A DNA stretch of 36,229 nucleotides from Guillardia theta CCMP2712. Its lineage: Eukaryota > Protista > Cryptophyta. Position numbers and translations under genes: made by a program. Location: positions 1 to 36,229 of the forward strand of contig NW_005434400.1 in NCBI RefSeq assembly GCF_000315625.1. The letters run 5' to 3'. Positions 1 through 12,121 of this stretch are shown piece by piece (the first letter of the stretch is position 1; every line of letters starts with the position of its first letter). A model generated the notes under the pieces. That model had not been told where the DNA came from, searched no databases, and was given only the letters and a program-made list of their open reading frames with translations.

Positions 1-207
1 TCCCCGCGCTCCCTCTCCCCGTGCTCCCTCTCCCCGTGCTCCTTCTCCCCGTGCTCCTTCGTCACCGTGCTCCTTCTCCCGCGCTCCCTCTCCCCGCGCT
101 CCTTCTCCCCGTGCTCCCTCTCCCCGTGCTCCTTCTCCCCGTGCTCCCTCTCCCCGCGCTCCTTCTCCCCGTGCTCCCTCTCCCCGCGCTCCCTCTCCCC
201 GTGCTCT
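1..207. repeat. 15-bp minisatellite (TCCCCGYGCTCCYTC)n, ~14 copies, truncated by window start
   Basis: Directly visible tandem units tccccgcgctccctc / tccccgtgctccttc. Confidence 0.95.
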
Positions 208-984
208 TTCCTTTCCATACCCTTCCTCCCGCATTTCTCCGAGCAGGATCGAGGACAAGCATTCTGAAAGGTGATGGAAGCAAGGCAGAGGGAGTGACAG
301 GCAGATCAATCTCGACACGATGGCACAGATGAAAGCGAGATAATCAAGATAATCGAGTAGGATGAGGACGCGAAGAGATGCGCAGGAGAACGCAAGGGAA
401 GAAAAATGAGGGAGAGGAGGAGTATGGGCCCCTTTTCCCCATTTTCCCTCCTCCCTCCTCCCTCCTCCCTCCTCCCTCCTCCCTCCTCCCTCCCTCCCCC
501 CCCCCTCTCTCCCTCTCATCTCTCCCTTCCTCCCCTGCCCTTCCGTCCTCTCTCCCCTACCCCCCAACCATTTTCTCCATCCCTCCTTTCCCATTCCTTC
601 TTCTTATCCACGACCCTTTCCCTTTCCCATCTGCCTCTCACCAACCCTCTCCCTTCATCTCCATAGGCAAACAGGGGTGACAGCTTGCTTATTATTAGGA
701 AACGAAACGTGAAACCCAAGTGAGCAAGAGCAAAGATGTTTGTCAAAGTATCAAAAATCTGACCAAGACCAGATACAGTTCACTGTTGCAATACAAAGGA
801 TAAAGCAAGCTTGCTTTAGGAAAAAACCATCCCAAGTGATTAATGGGAGAGCAAGGAGGGATTGTGCTGGGAGAAGACTTCCTGTTTAAATTTCTCGACT
901 CCACTTCCGAGAGATACAACAGTTTGAGCTTGACGGCCTTACGAGTGGCAAAAGAAGGGAGAAAAGATGCATAATTCACATGGT

Positions 985-1532
985 TTATTCACTGGCACGC
1001 CTATCCACCGCTATGTACACGTCAACTTCTCATCGCAACACTTGACATAACCACTTGTTCTCGCCTCTTCAAACAATCTTCGAAGGTCTGCTATCTCCTG
1101 ATCCACTTGGGAGACGCTAGAGTTCCATGAGTGGGTGGTCTTGATCTTGTCTTGTGAGCCCGTTCTGCGGATGGGGAAGGAGGACCCCTGCTTCAACTTG
1201 AACGTGGAGGTCTGCCTCACCGCTAGGGTGGAGGAGATGCGAGTGACATTGCTGGTCTTCTCTGCGTGTCTCGTTGACCGCACTTGCTTTCTCTCCTTTG
1301 CAGGGACCCTCTTTGTGCGCCGGCCACCAAGGGGGTTGAATGAAGCTAGAGAATTGAGAACACCCATGAGTCTTTCATCCCGAAAGGCAGAGTCCCACAC
1401 GTCGACCGTGTCGATGAGGACAGGAGGGCGTTGAGTAGATGTCCTTTCGATGTCCCTATATACAGCTGCGGTGCATCGAGCGCCGCAACCAAAGAAATCA
1501 TCGAAAGCGTCCTTGCAGAGTGGTTGCACCAT
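985..1532 (-). CDS. Hypothetical protein (~170 aa), probably with one short 3' intron (~1011-1051)
   Basis: ORF 1011-1547 with ATG at 1532 (MVQPLCKDAF...). Non-repetitive, ends in a short coiled-coil-like segment (VDQEIADLRRLFEEA). Candidate GT..AG intron gives a stop at 985. No recognisable domain. Confidence 0.4.
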
Positions 1533-3396
1533 GCCGCAAACAATCAATCAAAGTGAGAGGAAGGGAAGAAGGAAAGAGGAGGAGAAAGTCGAACAGAAGG
1601 GGACGCAGAAGGGTCAGGTGAGCGTGAGGGAGAGAGCAAGCGGACGCGAATAACCACGATGGCGGAGAGGAGGGTCAAAGCGGGGAACAAGAGAGGATAT
1701 GGAGTATAAGTACCCCTCAAGGTACCCACCCCCAAACAGAAATCCAGTTCATGGCTCAAATCCCACCCCCTTGATCCTCTAAGGATACACAGAATCTTGA
1801 GGGAATGGTACCGGTACTACGAGCACCTACCCTATTCCCAATGCAACTCGAAAGGTCCATGGACTCCTAGTGCCCAACAGCAGCCGTTGGAGGATTCCGT
1901 AGTAAAAAACAATCCATACCGGAGAAATATTACTTTTAAATATTAATACTAATATTGGGGCTCGAGCACAGTAAAATCATCTGAATGTCAGCGGCCGTGA
2001 CGAAATCTTATAACAGTTTATAACCATCACAGCTTACCTCTACTAGTGTTTTTATTTTGAGATTTTTCGAAAGTTCCTTAGAGAACTTCATTCGTCGCTA
2101 TAATTCAGAACAGTTTACAATCAATATGACAATTTCAAATGATATCGAATGATTCAGAAGCATTTCCTAGAAACTTTCTCCCATCAAGAACCTTTCAGGC
2201 TTGATGATTCTTTACAACAGCAGAGTGGCTGGTGGTAATGAATTACTACAGGCACTAGTTTTATACCTGGAATTGCAAAACCGAGGGGTAGGGGTACGAC
2301 AAAGAAGGTACAAGCAGGGTGCATCAGACGGAAATCTTCGGGAGGGAGAGGGGTACTCCGAGGTACAGGGTCACTGGATCGTTAGCAAAGGGGGTACTAG
2401 TATATGCTATTTTAATAATGTTCAATCAACATGATTCCATGACACACCACGGGTACTTCGATAGCCTCATGAGGGGGTGGTATAATGATAATCCTGTCCA
2501 TGACTTACGTAACCGCCTCATCAGTTGTACCACACGAGATTTTACTTAAATCTTCAGTCCCCACGTCATCATGTCATGTGCTCACCGTCACGGCCCGGCC
2601 GGAGCCGCGGGCCATGACACCGCCAATGAACTGAGCCTTTGAGTAATCGCATGGTACTCGAAGTTCCGTGAGGAGGCTCATAACCTAATTCATCCGATTG
2701 GCAGGAGCGGCTTGGCCGCGATCCGAGACCGTCCGATCCGACCGGCGAACCGCTCCCCCGGGCGGGCCTGGGGCCCTTCTCAGCCTCCGACGGAGAGGCT
2801 CCGAGAGCCGCACTCGGCCGCGGCTCGCGGCGGCGCGAGCGCCCGCCGGGCCGGCGCACACCGTGTCACGGTCGGCCGCCGCGGCGCGGCCGCAGTGAGC
2901 CTCGCCGCTACCGTCACGGCGTACTCAGGCGTGGCACTGGCCTGTGCGCCGGGCCGTCGGCATGATGCGTGCGTGACAGGCTGAGTCGTATCATGACTAT
3001 AATCATCGGCAGGAGGTTCGCTGAACTCCGAAGTTCAATGCCGGCCATCATCTCGGAGGCTCAGTCTGCTGAGGGCACTAGCAGTGGCCCGGGCAGTCAC
3101 AGTGCCGGGCGGCCCGGCCACCGTCACGGATCGGACCCGGTACTCCGGCCAGCCTCCGGGTGTGATCGGACTGACGGTTCAAGTTGATACAGCGCGGCGG
3201 CTTGAGCCTGAGACGGCTCCCCGGCCGGGCCCGGATTGAAAGGTTTGAAAGTTCGCAGCCTACGCCAAGGCTCACCCGTCACCGTCACCGTCTGAGCCGT
3301 CAGCGGCTGGCCCACCTACCGGGCGGCGGGTGGGCCGCCGATCATCACCGTGACACTGAGTCACTGTGACTCGTTCCCCGATGGACGGCGTCGCTG

Positions 3397-5733
3397 CTAG
3401 CCATGCCCGTACCTGACCTGCATGTAGGCTACCGCAACGCCGGCAGCGAGCTCGTGCCTTGTGTGTCTGAGCATGCTCGCAAGCGACCCGCTCCTCCCGT
3501 CGTCTGCGTCGCTGGATGCCTAAGGACGCGAGTCATCTAAAGAGAGCGACTTTTTGCATGCGTTGGTGTAGCAGGACGGAAGAGAAGGAGTGAGGGGCGG
3601 AGGGGAGGGAGCCTGAGGAAGGGTGTAGGGAGGGAGGAAGGGAGGGAGCAGAAATTAGGGGGCTCGAGAGGGAGGGAGGAGGGGACATAGGGAGCTGTGC
3701 GTGGAACTTGTGGAGCTGTGAAAGTGTGAAGTTGATAAAAGGAGCAGGAGCATGCGGATAGGCAGCGGGAGTGGGGTACGGGACGCGCCTTGGTGTGTTC
3801 AAGACTCTTGGTAGTGCGGAGGAAGAAGAGTCGCTTGTCGTCGGATTGCAGGTAGGAGATGAGGAGTGAAGCTGCATGGGAGTAGAAGGCAAGAGTCCGG
3901 ATAGCTACCGGGAGGATGAGCGAGGAGACGTTGAAGCAACAAGCACCTGACAGAGAGGCACAGGCAGCGAAGACCTGGCGCAGGAGCTTTCCACGAGTCT
4001 TGTCATGCGAGCTCGAGCTCGAGCTCTCGTGTGCTCGTAAGATGTCGATGCAGCGATCTTGGCTCAGTTTGTAACCTGAGGCAGGAAGTTGAGGAGGAGA
4101 GGAGAAGAACAGAGAGGAGAAGAACAGAGAGGAGAAGAACAGAGAGGAGAAGAACAAAGAGGAGAAGAACAGAGAGGAGAAGAACAGAGAGGAGAAGAAC
4201 AAAGAGGAGAAGAACAGAGAGGAGAAGAACAGAGAGGAGAAGAACAGAGAGGAGAAGAACAGAGAGGAGAAGAACAGAGAGGAGAAGAACAGAGAGGAGA
4301 AGAACAGAGAGGAGAAGAACAGAAGCACTACCTGCCGCTTGCTCCTCCAACGCTGACTTGAGCATCTTGAGCGCCTCCATGTCCTGAAGATACATCCCCA
4401 TCTTTCTCTCGGCTTTCCCTGTAGCAGTGTCCTCGTCCTGATCCTCGTCCTGGTCCTGGTCCTGGTCCTGGTCCTGGTCCTCGTCCTCTTCCCCTTCTGG
4501 TTCTTCATCCCCGAGTTCCTCCATCTCCCATGATGCTTCATCGCTTTGACCTCCCAAATCTTGTCCTGCTCCATCCTCCACCACGTCGAGCTCGTCGCCC
4601 TGTGGCTCGTCGCCGGACAGGATCACTCGGCAGGCGTCCAGCAGACGCGTGAAGGGCTGGTACGTGTAGGAAGCTTGCGGAGCGCATCGGAGAGGAGCGA
4701 AGCGCTTCTGCTCGTCTCCCCATCGCTTCAGCTTTGCCTTGCTGTCAGCAAGCACGCACGACCGGATCTTCGCCCACTCGTCTGGGGGGTACTGCACAAA
4801 CGCGTTCACCGTGTCGTTCATGGACCCATCTGGCTCCACGTTGTCCATCACGCAGAAGCCGTAGTTGAGCAGCAGCTCTCTGCTCCCTTTCGCTCCGTAT
4901 GCGATGTACACCTCCTCCTCCTCCCCTAGGTCCCTCAGTGACGTGAGCACGAAGCCGGCACGTGCCGGGGCCTCTTCGCGTCTGTAGCTGTACGCGGTGT
5001 CTCGGGGCCTCTTGTGGTTGAAGCAGTCGAGGATGGGGACCATGACCTCTCCCAGCTCGTCGGCGTCAAACGAGCGACTTGACACGCATGCAAGCGCCCA
5101 CAAGAACTCTCCCTTGGAGGAGGACATACGACCAGCAGCTTTGAGCTCTTCGTAGTCCTGGTCGGCATTGGACGCCATGGTGGTGGCGGCATCTGCAAGC
5201 TCAGAGGAGCCGAGCAGCTCCTCCCGCTCCTCCCGCGACCACCAGGCCGGGAGTGACGTGAAGAGATCTTGAGGTGGGAGGGTTGAGATGTAGGCGTGAA
5301 AGGCTGAGGACTCTTTGAGGTTCCGATGGTGGAGGAGGGCGAGGGCGAGGGCAACGTCTCCTGCGGTGCGGTCATGATAGGCAGGAGCTACTTTCGCAGT
5401 CTCGCTCGCCTCTATTAAGTTTCAACTTCATTCCCTCGATGTCTTCTTGTCTTCCCAGCAGGAGACAGCATGTCGGGACCTTCACAAGCTCGTGCCCCTG
5501 TCATAGTCTGAGTCAGGCCGCATTAGCAAGGAGGTCGATACCTTGTTGATCTTTGCGCTGCTCGTGAAGACGCCGCAATCCCCACCCTCACCCTCACGGA
5601 GTACGATAGGCCCCACCTCCCCTCCCCTCTCCCTTACCCACAACACGCAGGCATCGAATGCCTCTGACCTGCTCTGAAACCCTCGCACGCATCGCTTCTT
5701 GGGAGTTCTTTCCTCCCCACCATTGGTTGTCAT
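3397..5733 (-). CDS. SET-domain protein-lysine methyltransferase (Rubisco LSMT/SETD3/SETD6-like), multi-exon
   Basis: Exon 1 WVRERGGEVGPIVLREGEGGDCGVFTS; HELVKVP; SAFHAYISTLP..SLPAWWS; FLWALACVSSRSF; MVPILDCFNH; GEEEEVYIAYGAKGSRELLLNYGF. Introns include 4076-4331. Final exon ...AYMQVRYGHG* (stop 3397). 3' exon structure is approximate. Confidence 0.9.
4088..4323. repeat. 15-bp minisatellite (AGAGGAGAAGAACAG)n, ~15-16 copies, inside an intron of the SET gene
   Basis: Near-perfect tandem units lying between a minus-strand GT donor (4331) and AG acceptor (4076). Confidence 0.95.
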
Positions 5734-6167
5734 TGGCCTCCCAAGAGGTTGCTCTGATCACAGCCCACACGTCAAGAAGAAAGTTTACTCCTCCTTCATC
5801 CTCTTTCCCTCATCGGATTTCTCACATCGTTGTGATGAATCTGTACCGATACTTCCCACTCTAGTCTCCCTCCTACTCTCATTGATCATTTTCCTTCCCT
5901 TCCCTTCCCTTCCCACTTCTCCCCTCCCCTCCTTCTCTGCTCTCTTCTCTCTCCGCACCATGCTCTCGTAGCTGTCTTCACCTTCTCACTCATCCTCCCC
6001 TCCTCGCCTCTCCCGTTCCTTCCATGTCGGGCAGAGATTCGCAGAGATCCGCACATGCGGTGGGCATGAGAGGGGATGAAGGCTAAAATAACGGAACAAT
6101 ATTTATGTAACGGTCGATACCAGGGTGACACATGTGAAGACCAACGATGAAAATCGAGGAGAGGAAA

Positions 6168-6310
6168 GAGGAGGAGGAGGAGGAGGAGGAGGAGGAGGAG
6201 GAGGAGGAGGAGGAGGAGGAGAAGGAGGAGGAGGAGGAGGAGAAGGAGGAGGAGGAGGAGGAGAAGGAGGAGGAGGAGGAGGAGGAGGAGGAGGAGTAAG
6301 GAGGAGGAGG
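6168..6310. repeat. (GGA)n microsatellite abutting a 100-N assembly gap (6311-6410)
   Basis: Direct reading. Confidence 0.95.
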
Positions 6311-7046
6311 NNNNNNNNNNNNNNNNNNNNNNNNNNNNNNNNNNNNNNNNNNNNNNNNNNNNNNNNNNNNNNNNNNNNNNNNNNNNNNNNNNNNNNNNNN
6401 NNNNNNNNNNCAATTGAGGAGGTGGGTGGGGTACGGGGACGAGGACAATGAGAGAAGAGGGAGAAAAGGAGGGGAGGGGACGCGAGGAGAGTGGAGTGGA
6501 GGGAAGACGAGGAGGCGAGGAGGCTAGAGGAGGATGAAGAGGGGAGAAGAGGAGAAGGAGAAAAGATAGCAGGAAGAGGGGAAAGAAGAAGAGGAGTAGA
6601 GGAGGAATAGAGGGGAAGAGAAGAGGAAAGGAGAACTATCTCATGATAATAGATGAGGATGGGATGGAGATAGGAACAGGGAGAGGTAAGATTGTTATGT
6701 TCGCAGATGGAGGTGTAGAACATGTTTCTGATTGGAAAGAAGAGTTGAGGAATTCGAGGAAATTGAGTGATAAGGACAAGGAGTAGTCGTATACTTGCGT
6801 AGAGGAAGATGATCGTTACGATGGTGGTGGTGGCTGCGTCATTTGTGGTGGAAGTGACAGGGGCGATGTGATGGGGAGCATAATCATTCCATTGGAGAGG
6901 AGGAGGAACTTGGTGAGGGAGTTTGCGACTTCGTCCTCAGAGAGGGGCTGAGAGGAGGAAGGGGAAGGGTGTGCGTGTCTGATACGTTGAAAGGATTCTT
7001 CTGATGAGAGCGTGACGACTGAGAGGTTCGAGCATCGGCCGTGACG

Positions 7047-8342
7047 ATGAGCATGAAGATCTGCGTTTCTTTTCTCCTTCTCCTCTTCCTCCTGGTTTCC
7101 GTTGCGTTTTGGATCAGCACGTTCCTGCGCATGGACTTCCGAGAGGGCTGGGTGAAGCGAGTGGGGATAGGTGAGGGGAGGAGATGGACTGCAGACGGAA
7201 TTTCGGGGGGCTTGCGACAGGAGCGAATGCCGTCAGGCTGCATGCTCAACGCGATGGAGCCGGCAGGAGACTCGAGGATGTCGTTTCTTCTGGTGCATGA
7301 CGTGTCTGAACACATTGGGAACTTCGCGGTCACTGCCGTCTCCATCTTCAACCAGTGCGAGAAGGAAGGGTTCTCCTGTGCTGTCTACGGCATCGACTTG
7401 CCCGGGCACGGGAGAAGTGAAACGCGTGGGGAGTTCACGATGCAGGAGATGATCGCCAGCGTCGGTGAAGCGGCTTCGTGGATCAAAAACACAACGAGAG
7501 ATGGAGCCGTTTTCTTGGTGGGCAAGGGGATAGGAGGAGAGGTCGCGTTCCAAGCAGGAAGCGTGTTCGAGGAGGTGACAGGTTGGTGTCTGCTGGACAT
7601 GCTGCTTTTGTACCTCACGCTGGTGGTAGGGATGGTAGTGAACGGGGTGCTGCTGCCGAGCGAGATGAAGCATCGCCCACAGATTGAGTACGTCAAGGGG
7701 ATAGTCGGGGAGATCCTTCAAGTCTTGTTCGGGGATGCCAAGGCGAGTTTGCCTCCTCTCTGTCCCAGGCTGATGGAGCTCGACCCGCAGCTATCACTCG
7801 CCGCCTTCATCTCCTTCGAGCGGCAGTTCGACAGGATCGACTGCGGGGCAGCTGGTGCCTGCGCTTGGCACCATGATCGGGAGATGTACGAGGACAACCT
7901 GAGAGACCCTTTGAGCCTGTGGTCAGCAAGAGTCAGTGGAAACACGGCCTTCAGTTGTGACGTGATGGCAGGGCGGCGACGTTCTCCTCTCTTCGTTCTC
8001 TCTTCACATACAAGCCCGTCAAGTCTTCCTTGGAAAATGAGACACCGGCATACCGTCATGCTCCTCACATACAACCAGGATGACACCTACTGCAGATCCT
8101 CCTTTTGGCCGGCGGGCAGGATAAAGTGATCCCTTTGGCGAGCGTTCGATCAGGTGCACGTGCAAAGGAAAGGGAGAAACATGACTTGCTGTCCTCTTCT
8201 AGTCTTTGAAAGGATCGGCGGCCCGAAACTTCTCAGGATCGATATGGAAGCTGGTGGGATAAGAACGAGCAACAGTCGTGTTGTGACAGCCCTGCAGGCC
8301 ATCAAGTGCTCCAACAACATCACAAGCAAGCTGCAAGGGTGA
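7047..8342 (+). CDS. Alpha/beta-hydrolase-fold protein (lysophospholipase/Hydrolase_4-like) with N-terminal TM anchor, multi-exon
   Basis: Hydrophobic N-terminus, FLLVHDVSEHIG, AVYGIDLPGHGRS, elbow VFLVGKGIGG. Short introns in the 3' half, last exon ...ITSKLQG* at 8342. Start could lie further upstream. Confidence 0.75.
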
Positions 8343-8691
8343 GACGATCATTGAATCTGCTAGTTCGTGTGCTATGGTCCTCACTTTCCCCTTGTAGCTC
8401 ATTGTCGCTTGGTCGGCAGCTGTTCTCGATGGCAAGCTTTCTACCTTAATGCCAGAGAGTCCGTACTTGAACCTGTAGAAGGTCTTTCTTGCTTGTCGGT
8501 CTCTTCGGAAGAGGTCAACTTGTTCAGGATCTCCTCTATGCTTGTGTGATGGGACACCTTCATTGAGCATGAGCTTTATTCATATGATACACGGAGTGCT
8601 GATAACCTACATTCGGTCCCTATATACATCGTTTTCTACATCTGTACACGTCGTCGCCTCTAAGGCGGTTGGAGCTGGCCCCGTCGCCTCC

Positions 8692-8907
8692 TCACAGCTG
8701 CATAGCCACCCCGTCCGCTGACTCGATCGTCCGCTTCTGCTGGATCATGAGGATGCTCGCGCGGAGGCAGGCCAGCTGCTTGGCCTTGGAGACGGTGGGA
8801 GCGTGTCGGTGCTTGTTACTGGGAGAGATGCTGGTGCGGGAGCTAGGCTGGGATGCAGAGGAGGAGAGGGGAGCGACGATGGTCTCGAGGGCAGGTACTT
8901 GCGCCAT
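8692..8907 (-). CDS. Microprotein type A, copy 1 (71 aa, MAQVPALETIV...KAKQLACLRASILMIQQKRTIESADGVAMQL)
   Basis: ATG in gccATGg context. C-terminal motif shared with type B through mostly synonymous codon differences. Confidence 0.75.
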   Translation of the reverse strand: MAQVPALETIVAPLSSSASQPSSRTSISPSNKHRHAPTVSKAKQLACLRASILMIQQKRTIESADGVAMQL

Positions 8908-9445
8908 GGCGTGGTCGGTGGAGGAGGAACGAGAGGGTTGAGTGGAGGGGAGAGAGGGAGCTCTATTTGAGGGCAACGGGCCACGAGACCTGGGGGGGGG
9001 AGGTAACGTGACGTCCGCAAGTCAGGTGGCATCCGGGGACAGGAAGTCACATGTCAAGGTGGTTCAAACAAGCAAGAGGTAACGTGATGTCTGAAAGTCA
9101 GGTGGCATCCGGGGACAGGGCCTTACAGGCTGTTGCAAAACGTTCATCTTTTTTACCACAAGGTAACCTGCAGATGACAGGAGGTAACGCTCTGACCCTT
9201 TCAAGATCTTGCAAAATTTTCAAACGGTGTGTTTGACAATGACTGCTGACTTTCAACCCTCTACAGGTATCGTGATCGTGATATGCCCTGATCCCTCTTC
9301 ATTTTTAGCATCCACCTCTGCCAGCCTTCTTGTTCCCCTGCCGTTCCACCACGAACCTGTTGGATCAGTCTGTCTTCAAGTTCCGATTGAGTGTGTTGCT
9401 CATATCCTTGCTTTTATCTTCTTACTGCTGTTTGAAGAAGTGCCA

Positions 9446-9670
9446 ATGACTCAAGCTCTGCAACTCGACGCTTCCATCTCCTCTCGATCACATCCTCAAA
9501 TCTCCAATTCATTGCCTGTCATCGCTCCTCTCAACTCCAGCCCAGCCCGTCCATCTGCCCCCGCCATCCTGGACAAGGCCAGGCAGCTCGCATGTCTTCG
9601 CGCAAGCATCCTCATGATCCAGCAGAAGCGCGCTGTCTACACTGCCGACGGCGTACCCATGCAGCTATGA
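9446..9670 (+). CDS. Microprotein type B' (74 aa, MTQALQLDAS...KARQLACLRASILMIQQKRAVYTADGVPMQL)
   Basis: Diverged paralog of type B that keeps the MTQAL start and an identical C-terminal half. Confidence 0.75.
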   Translation: MTQALQLDASISSRSHPQISNSLPVIAPLNSSPARPSAPAILDKARQLACLRASILMIQQKRAVYTADGVPMQL

Positions 9671-10181
9671 CAAAACAATCGCGATATTCTTATGTTTATT
9701 GCTTTGGTTGTCGCATGGATGGATTGTGGACATCACAACAAGCGTTGGCATGCTGATAAGCACAAATCACATTCCAATACGATTTTGGTAAGATACAATC
9801 TAGAAAACAGGTTAAAAAAACTGGAGAATAATTCACAGTAACGTAAAACGAATAAATTAGAGACAACACATTAAACAAAAATTGACATTTGTGTGAGGCT
9901 CCAGCGATGGCAATAGCGTGTCTCGCTCTCGCCATCTCATGCATGCGCTACATGCTTGATTCACGCCTCCACCCATAACGGTACAAGGACTGTTTACACA
10001 CTCACGAGCTGTGAGCGCATGTCTAGATGCGATCCTCGCACGCGCACGCGACAGCACATTTGGCTTTACTCTCATCGTCACTAGTATACAAGCTATGCTC
10101 GATCGCGTCCCGTCTCCCTCCAACACGTACAGCATAGCCTACACCTTCCTCCCGCTCACGCAGCGAGACTGTCCGTCCTTG

Positions 10182-10400
10182 TCATAGCTGCATGGGTACA
10201 CCATCGGCAGTGTAGACAGCGCGCTTCTGCTGGATCATGAGGATGCTTGCGCGAAGACATGCGAGCTGCCTGGCCTTGTCCAGGATGGCGGGGGCGGATG
10301 GACGGGCTTGGCTGGAGTTGGCGGGGGAGGGCAGTGGGCGGGAGGAGCGGGAGGCAGGGTGGGGGGCGTAGGCGGTGTCAAGGGAAAGAGCTTGCGTCAT
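10182..10400 (-). CDS. Microprotein type B, copy 1 (72 aa, MTQALSLDTAY...ADGVPMQL)
   Basis: ATG at 10400, conserved family motif. Confidence 0.75.
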   Translation of the reverse strand: MTQALSLDTAYAPHPASRSSRPLPSPANSSQARPSAPAILDKARQLACLRASILMIQQKRAVYTADGVPMQL

Positions 10401-10923
10401 GGATGAAGCAGGGAGGGCGAGGCTAAAGAGCTGACGGATGAAGCTGACAAGGGCTGGCGTCAACCAAGTGCAAACAAGCAACGTGGAGATAGGCGACAAG
10501 ATCTGGAGGAGCGAAGTCGGGGGAGCAACCCAAGAGGTGAGGTACTGGCAGTCAAATGTCGGGAAAGAGCACGAGACGGACAAACCAGGTGTGTAGTAAG
10601 AGGTGTCAGCAAGGCCTGACCTGGGGAGAAAGCGAACTTAAGAGAGTTGTAGATGCTTCGGCTGGTAGGGCTATACCTATGCGTAACGCATCGGTTCGAT
10701 AATGTCATGGTACCACCATGGCACTCTCAACTATGTCTGTCACGATACCGCTGATTGTAAAAGCTTTGTCATATATTCCTGTAAGGCCCTGTCCCCGGAT
10801 GCCACCTGACTTGCGGACCTCACGTTACCTCCCCCCCCCAGGTCTCGTGGCCCGTTGCCCTCAAATAGAGCTCCCTCTCTCCCCTCCACTCAACCCTCTC
10901 GTTCCTCCTCCACCGACCACGCC

Positions 10924-11139
10924 ATGGCGCAAGTACCTGCCCTCGAGACCATCGTCGCTCCCCTCTCCTCCTCTGCATCCCAGCCTAGCTCCTGCACCAG
11001 CATCTCCCCCAGTAACAAGCACAGACACGCTCCCACCGTCTCCAAGGCCAAGCAGCTGGCCTGCCTCCGCGCGAGCATCCTCATGATCCAGCAGAAGCGG
11101 ACGATCGAGTCAGCGGACGGGGTGGCTATGCAGCTGTGA
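10924..11139 (+). CDS. Microprotein type A, copy 2 (71 aa)
   Basis: Near-identical to 8692-8907. Confidence 0.75.
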   Translation: MAQVPALETIVAPLSSSASQPSSCTSISPSNKHRHAPTVSKAKQLACLRASILMIQQKRTIESADGVAMQL

Positions 11140-11902
11140 GGAGGCGACGGGGCCAGCTCCAACCGCCTTAGAGGCGACGACGTGTACAGATGTAGAAAAC
11201 GATGTATATAGGGACCGAATGTAGGTTATCAGCACTCCGTGTATCATATGAATAAAGCTCATGCTCAATGACGTGGGAGTGTGTGAGACAGGAGGAAGCT
11301 TGAGGGAGGAGAGAGGGACATGAGGGGGAGGGGGGAGGGAAGGGGCAGGCGAGGTAATGGGGGTAGGGCGAGACATGCAGGGTCAAGGGCCGTTGTTTTT
11401 GGTCTTGATTCCGGTTGAAAGGAGGCTCATGGTCGACGCAGCATTTAGATTCTCAATTTACCTTGTTTGTATACTCAGTCATGTCTTGATGAGTGCAAAG
11501 CAGCACATCTCAGTGTACCTCGGATATCGAAATTGATTGTCGGATAACTTCCGTCAGATAATGAGCTGGGAACCAGCAGCTGAGAAAGTTACAAAACGAG
11601 CTCAACGACTCAGCAAGGATCCCAACGAAAGTGATGACATATCTCGCTCTCGCCATCTCATGCATGCGCTACATGCTTGATTCACGCCTCCACCCATAAC
11701 GGTACAAGGACTGTTTACACACTCACGAGCTGTGAGCGCATGTCTAGATGCGATCCTCGCACGCGCACGCGACAACACATTTGACTTTACTCTCATCGTC
11801 ACTAGTATACAAGCTATGCTCGATCGCGTCCCGTCTCCCTCCAACACGTACAGCATAGCCTACACCTTCCTCCCGCTCACGCAGCGAGACTGTCCGTCCT
11901 TG

Positions 11903-12121
11903 TCATAGCTGCATGGGTACGCCGTCGGCAGTGTAGACAGCGCGCTTCTGCTGGATCATGAGGATGCTGGCGCGAAGACATGCGAGCTGCCTGGCCTTGT
12001 CCAGGATGGCGGGGGCGGATGGACGGGCTTGGCTGGAGTTGGCGGGGGAGGGAAGTGGGCGGGAGGAGCGGGAGGCAGGGTGGGGGGCGTAGGCGGTGTC
12101 AAGGGAAAGAGCTTGCGTCAT
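11903..12121 (-). CDS. Microprotein type B, copy 2 (72 aa)
   Basis: Near-identical to 10182-10400. Confidence 0.75.
   Translation of the reverse strand: MTQALSLDTAYAPHPASRSSRPLPSPANSSQARPSAPAILDKARQLACLRASILMIQQKRAVYTADGVPMQL

Noticed and set aside
21-746. Pro/Leu/Ser-rich ORFs
   Set aside because: Products of a minisatellite and polypyrimidine low-complexity DNA.
1700-2560. Possible TIR element (also 28740-29340), similar in composition to the nested transposon ends
   Set aside because: No matching inverted termini or TSD found by eye.
2569-3369. Multiple overlapping Arg/Gly/Pro-rich ORFs (also 15233-15817)
   Set aside because: Open in many frames because of very high GC; no domain or splice structure.
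4003-4387. ORFs with (LLLSV)n, (TERRR)n, (GEEQR)n and (SSLFF)n repeats
   Set aside because: Translations of a stop-free 15-bp minisatellite that lies inside the GT..AG intron 4076-4331 of the SET gene.
5886-6723. Poly-L/S/P/G ORFs
   Set aside because: (GGA)n microsatellite plus N gap.
8199-8570. 123-aa minus-strand ORF
   Set aside because: Starts inside the repeat edge, overlaps the hydrolase 3' exon in antisense, and has no motif.
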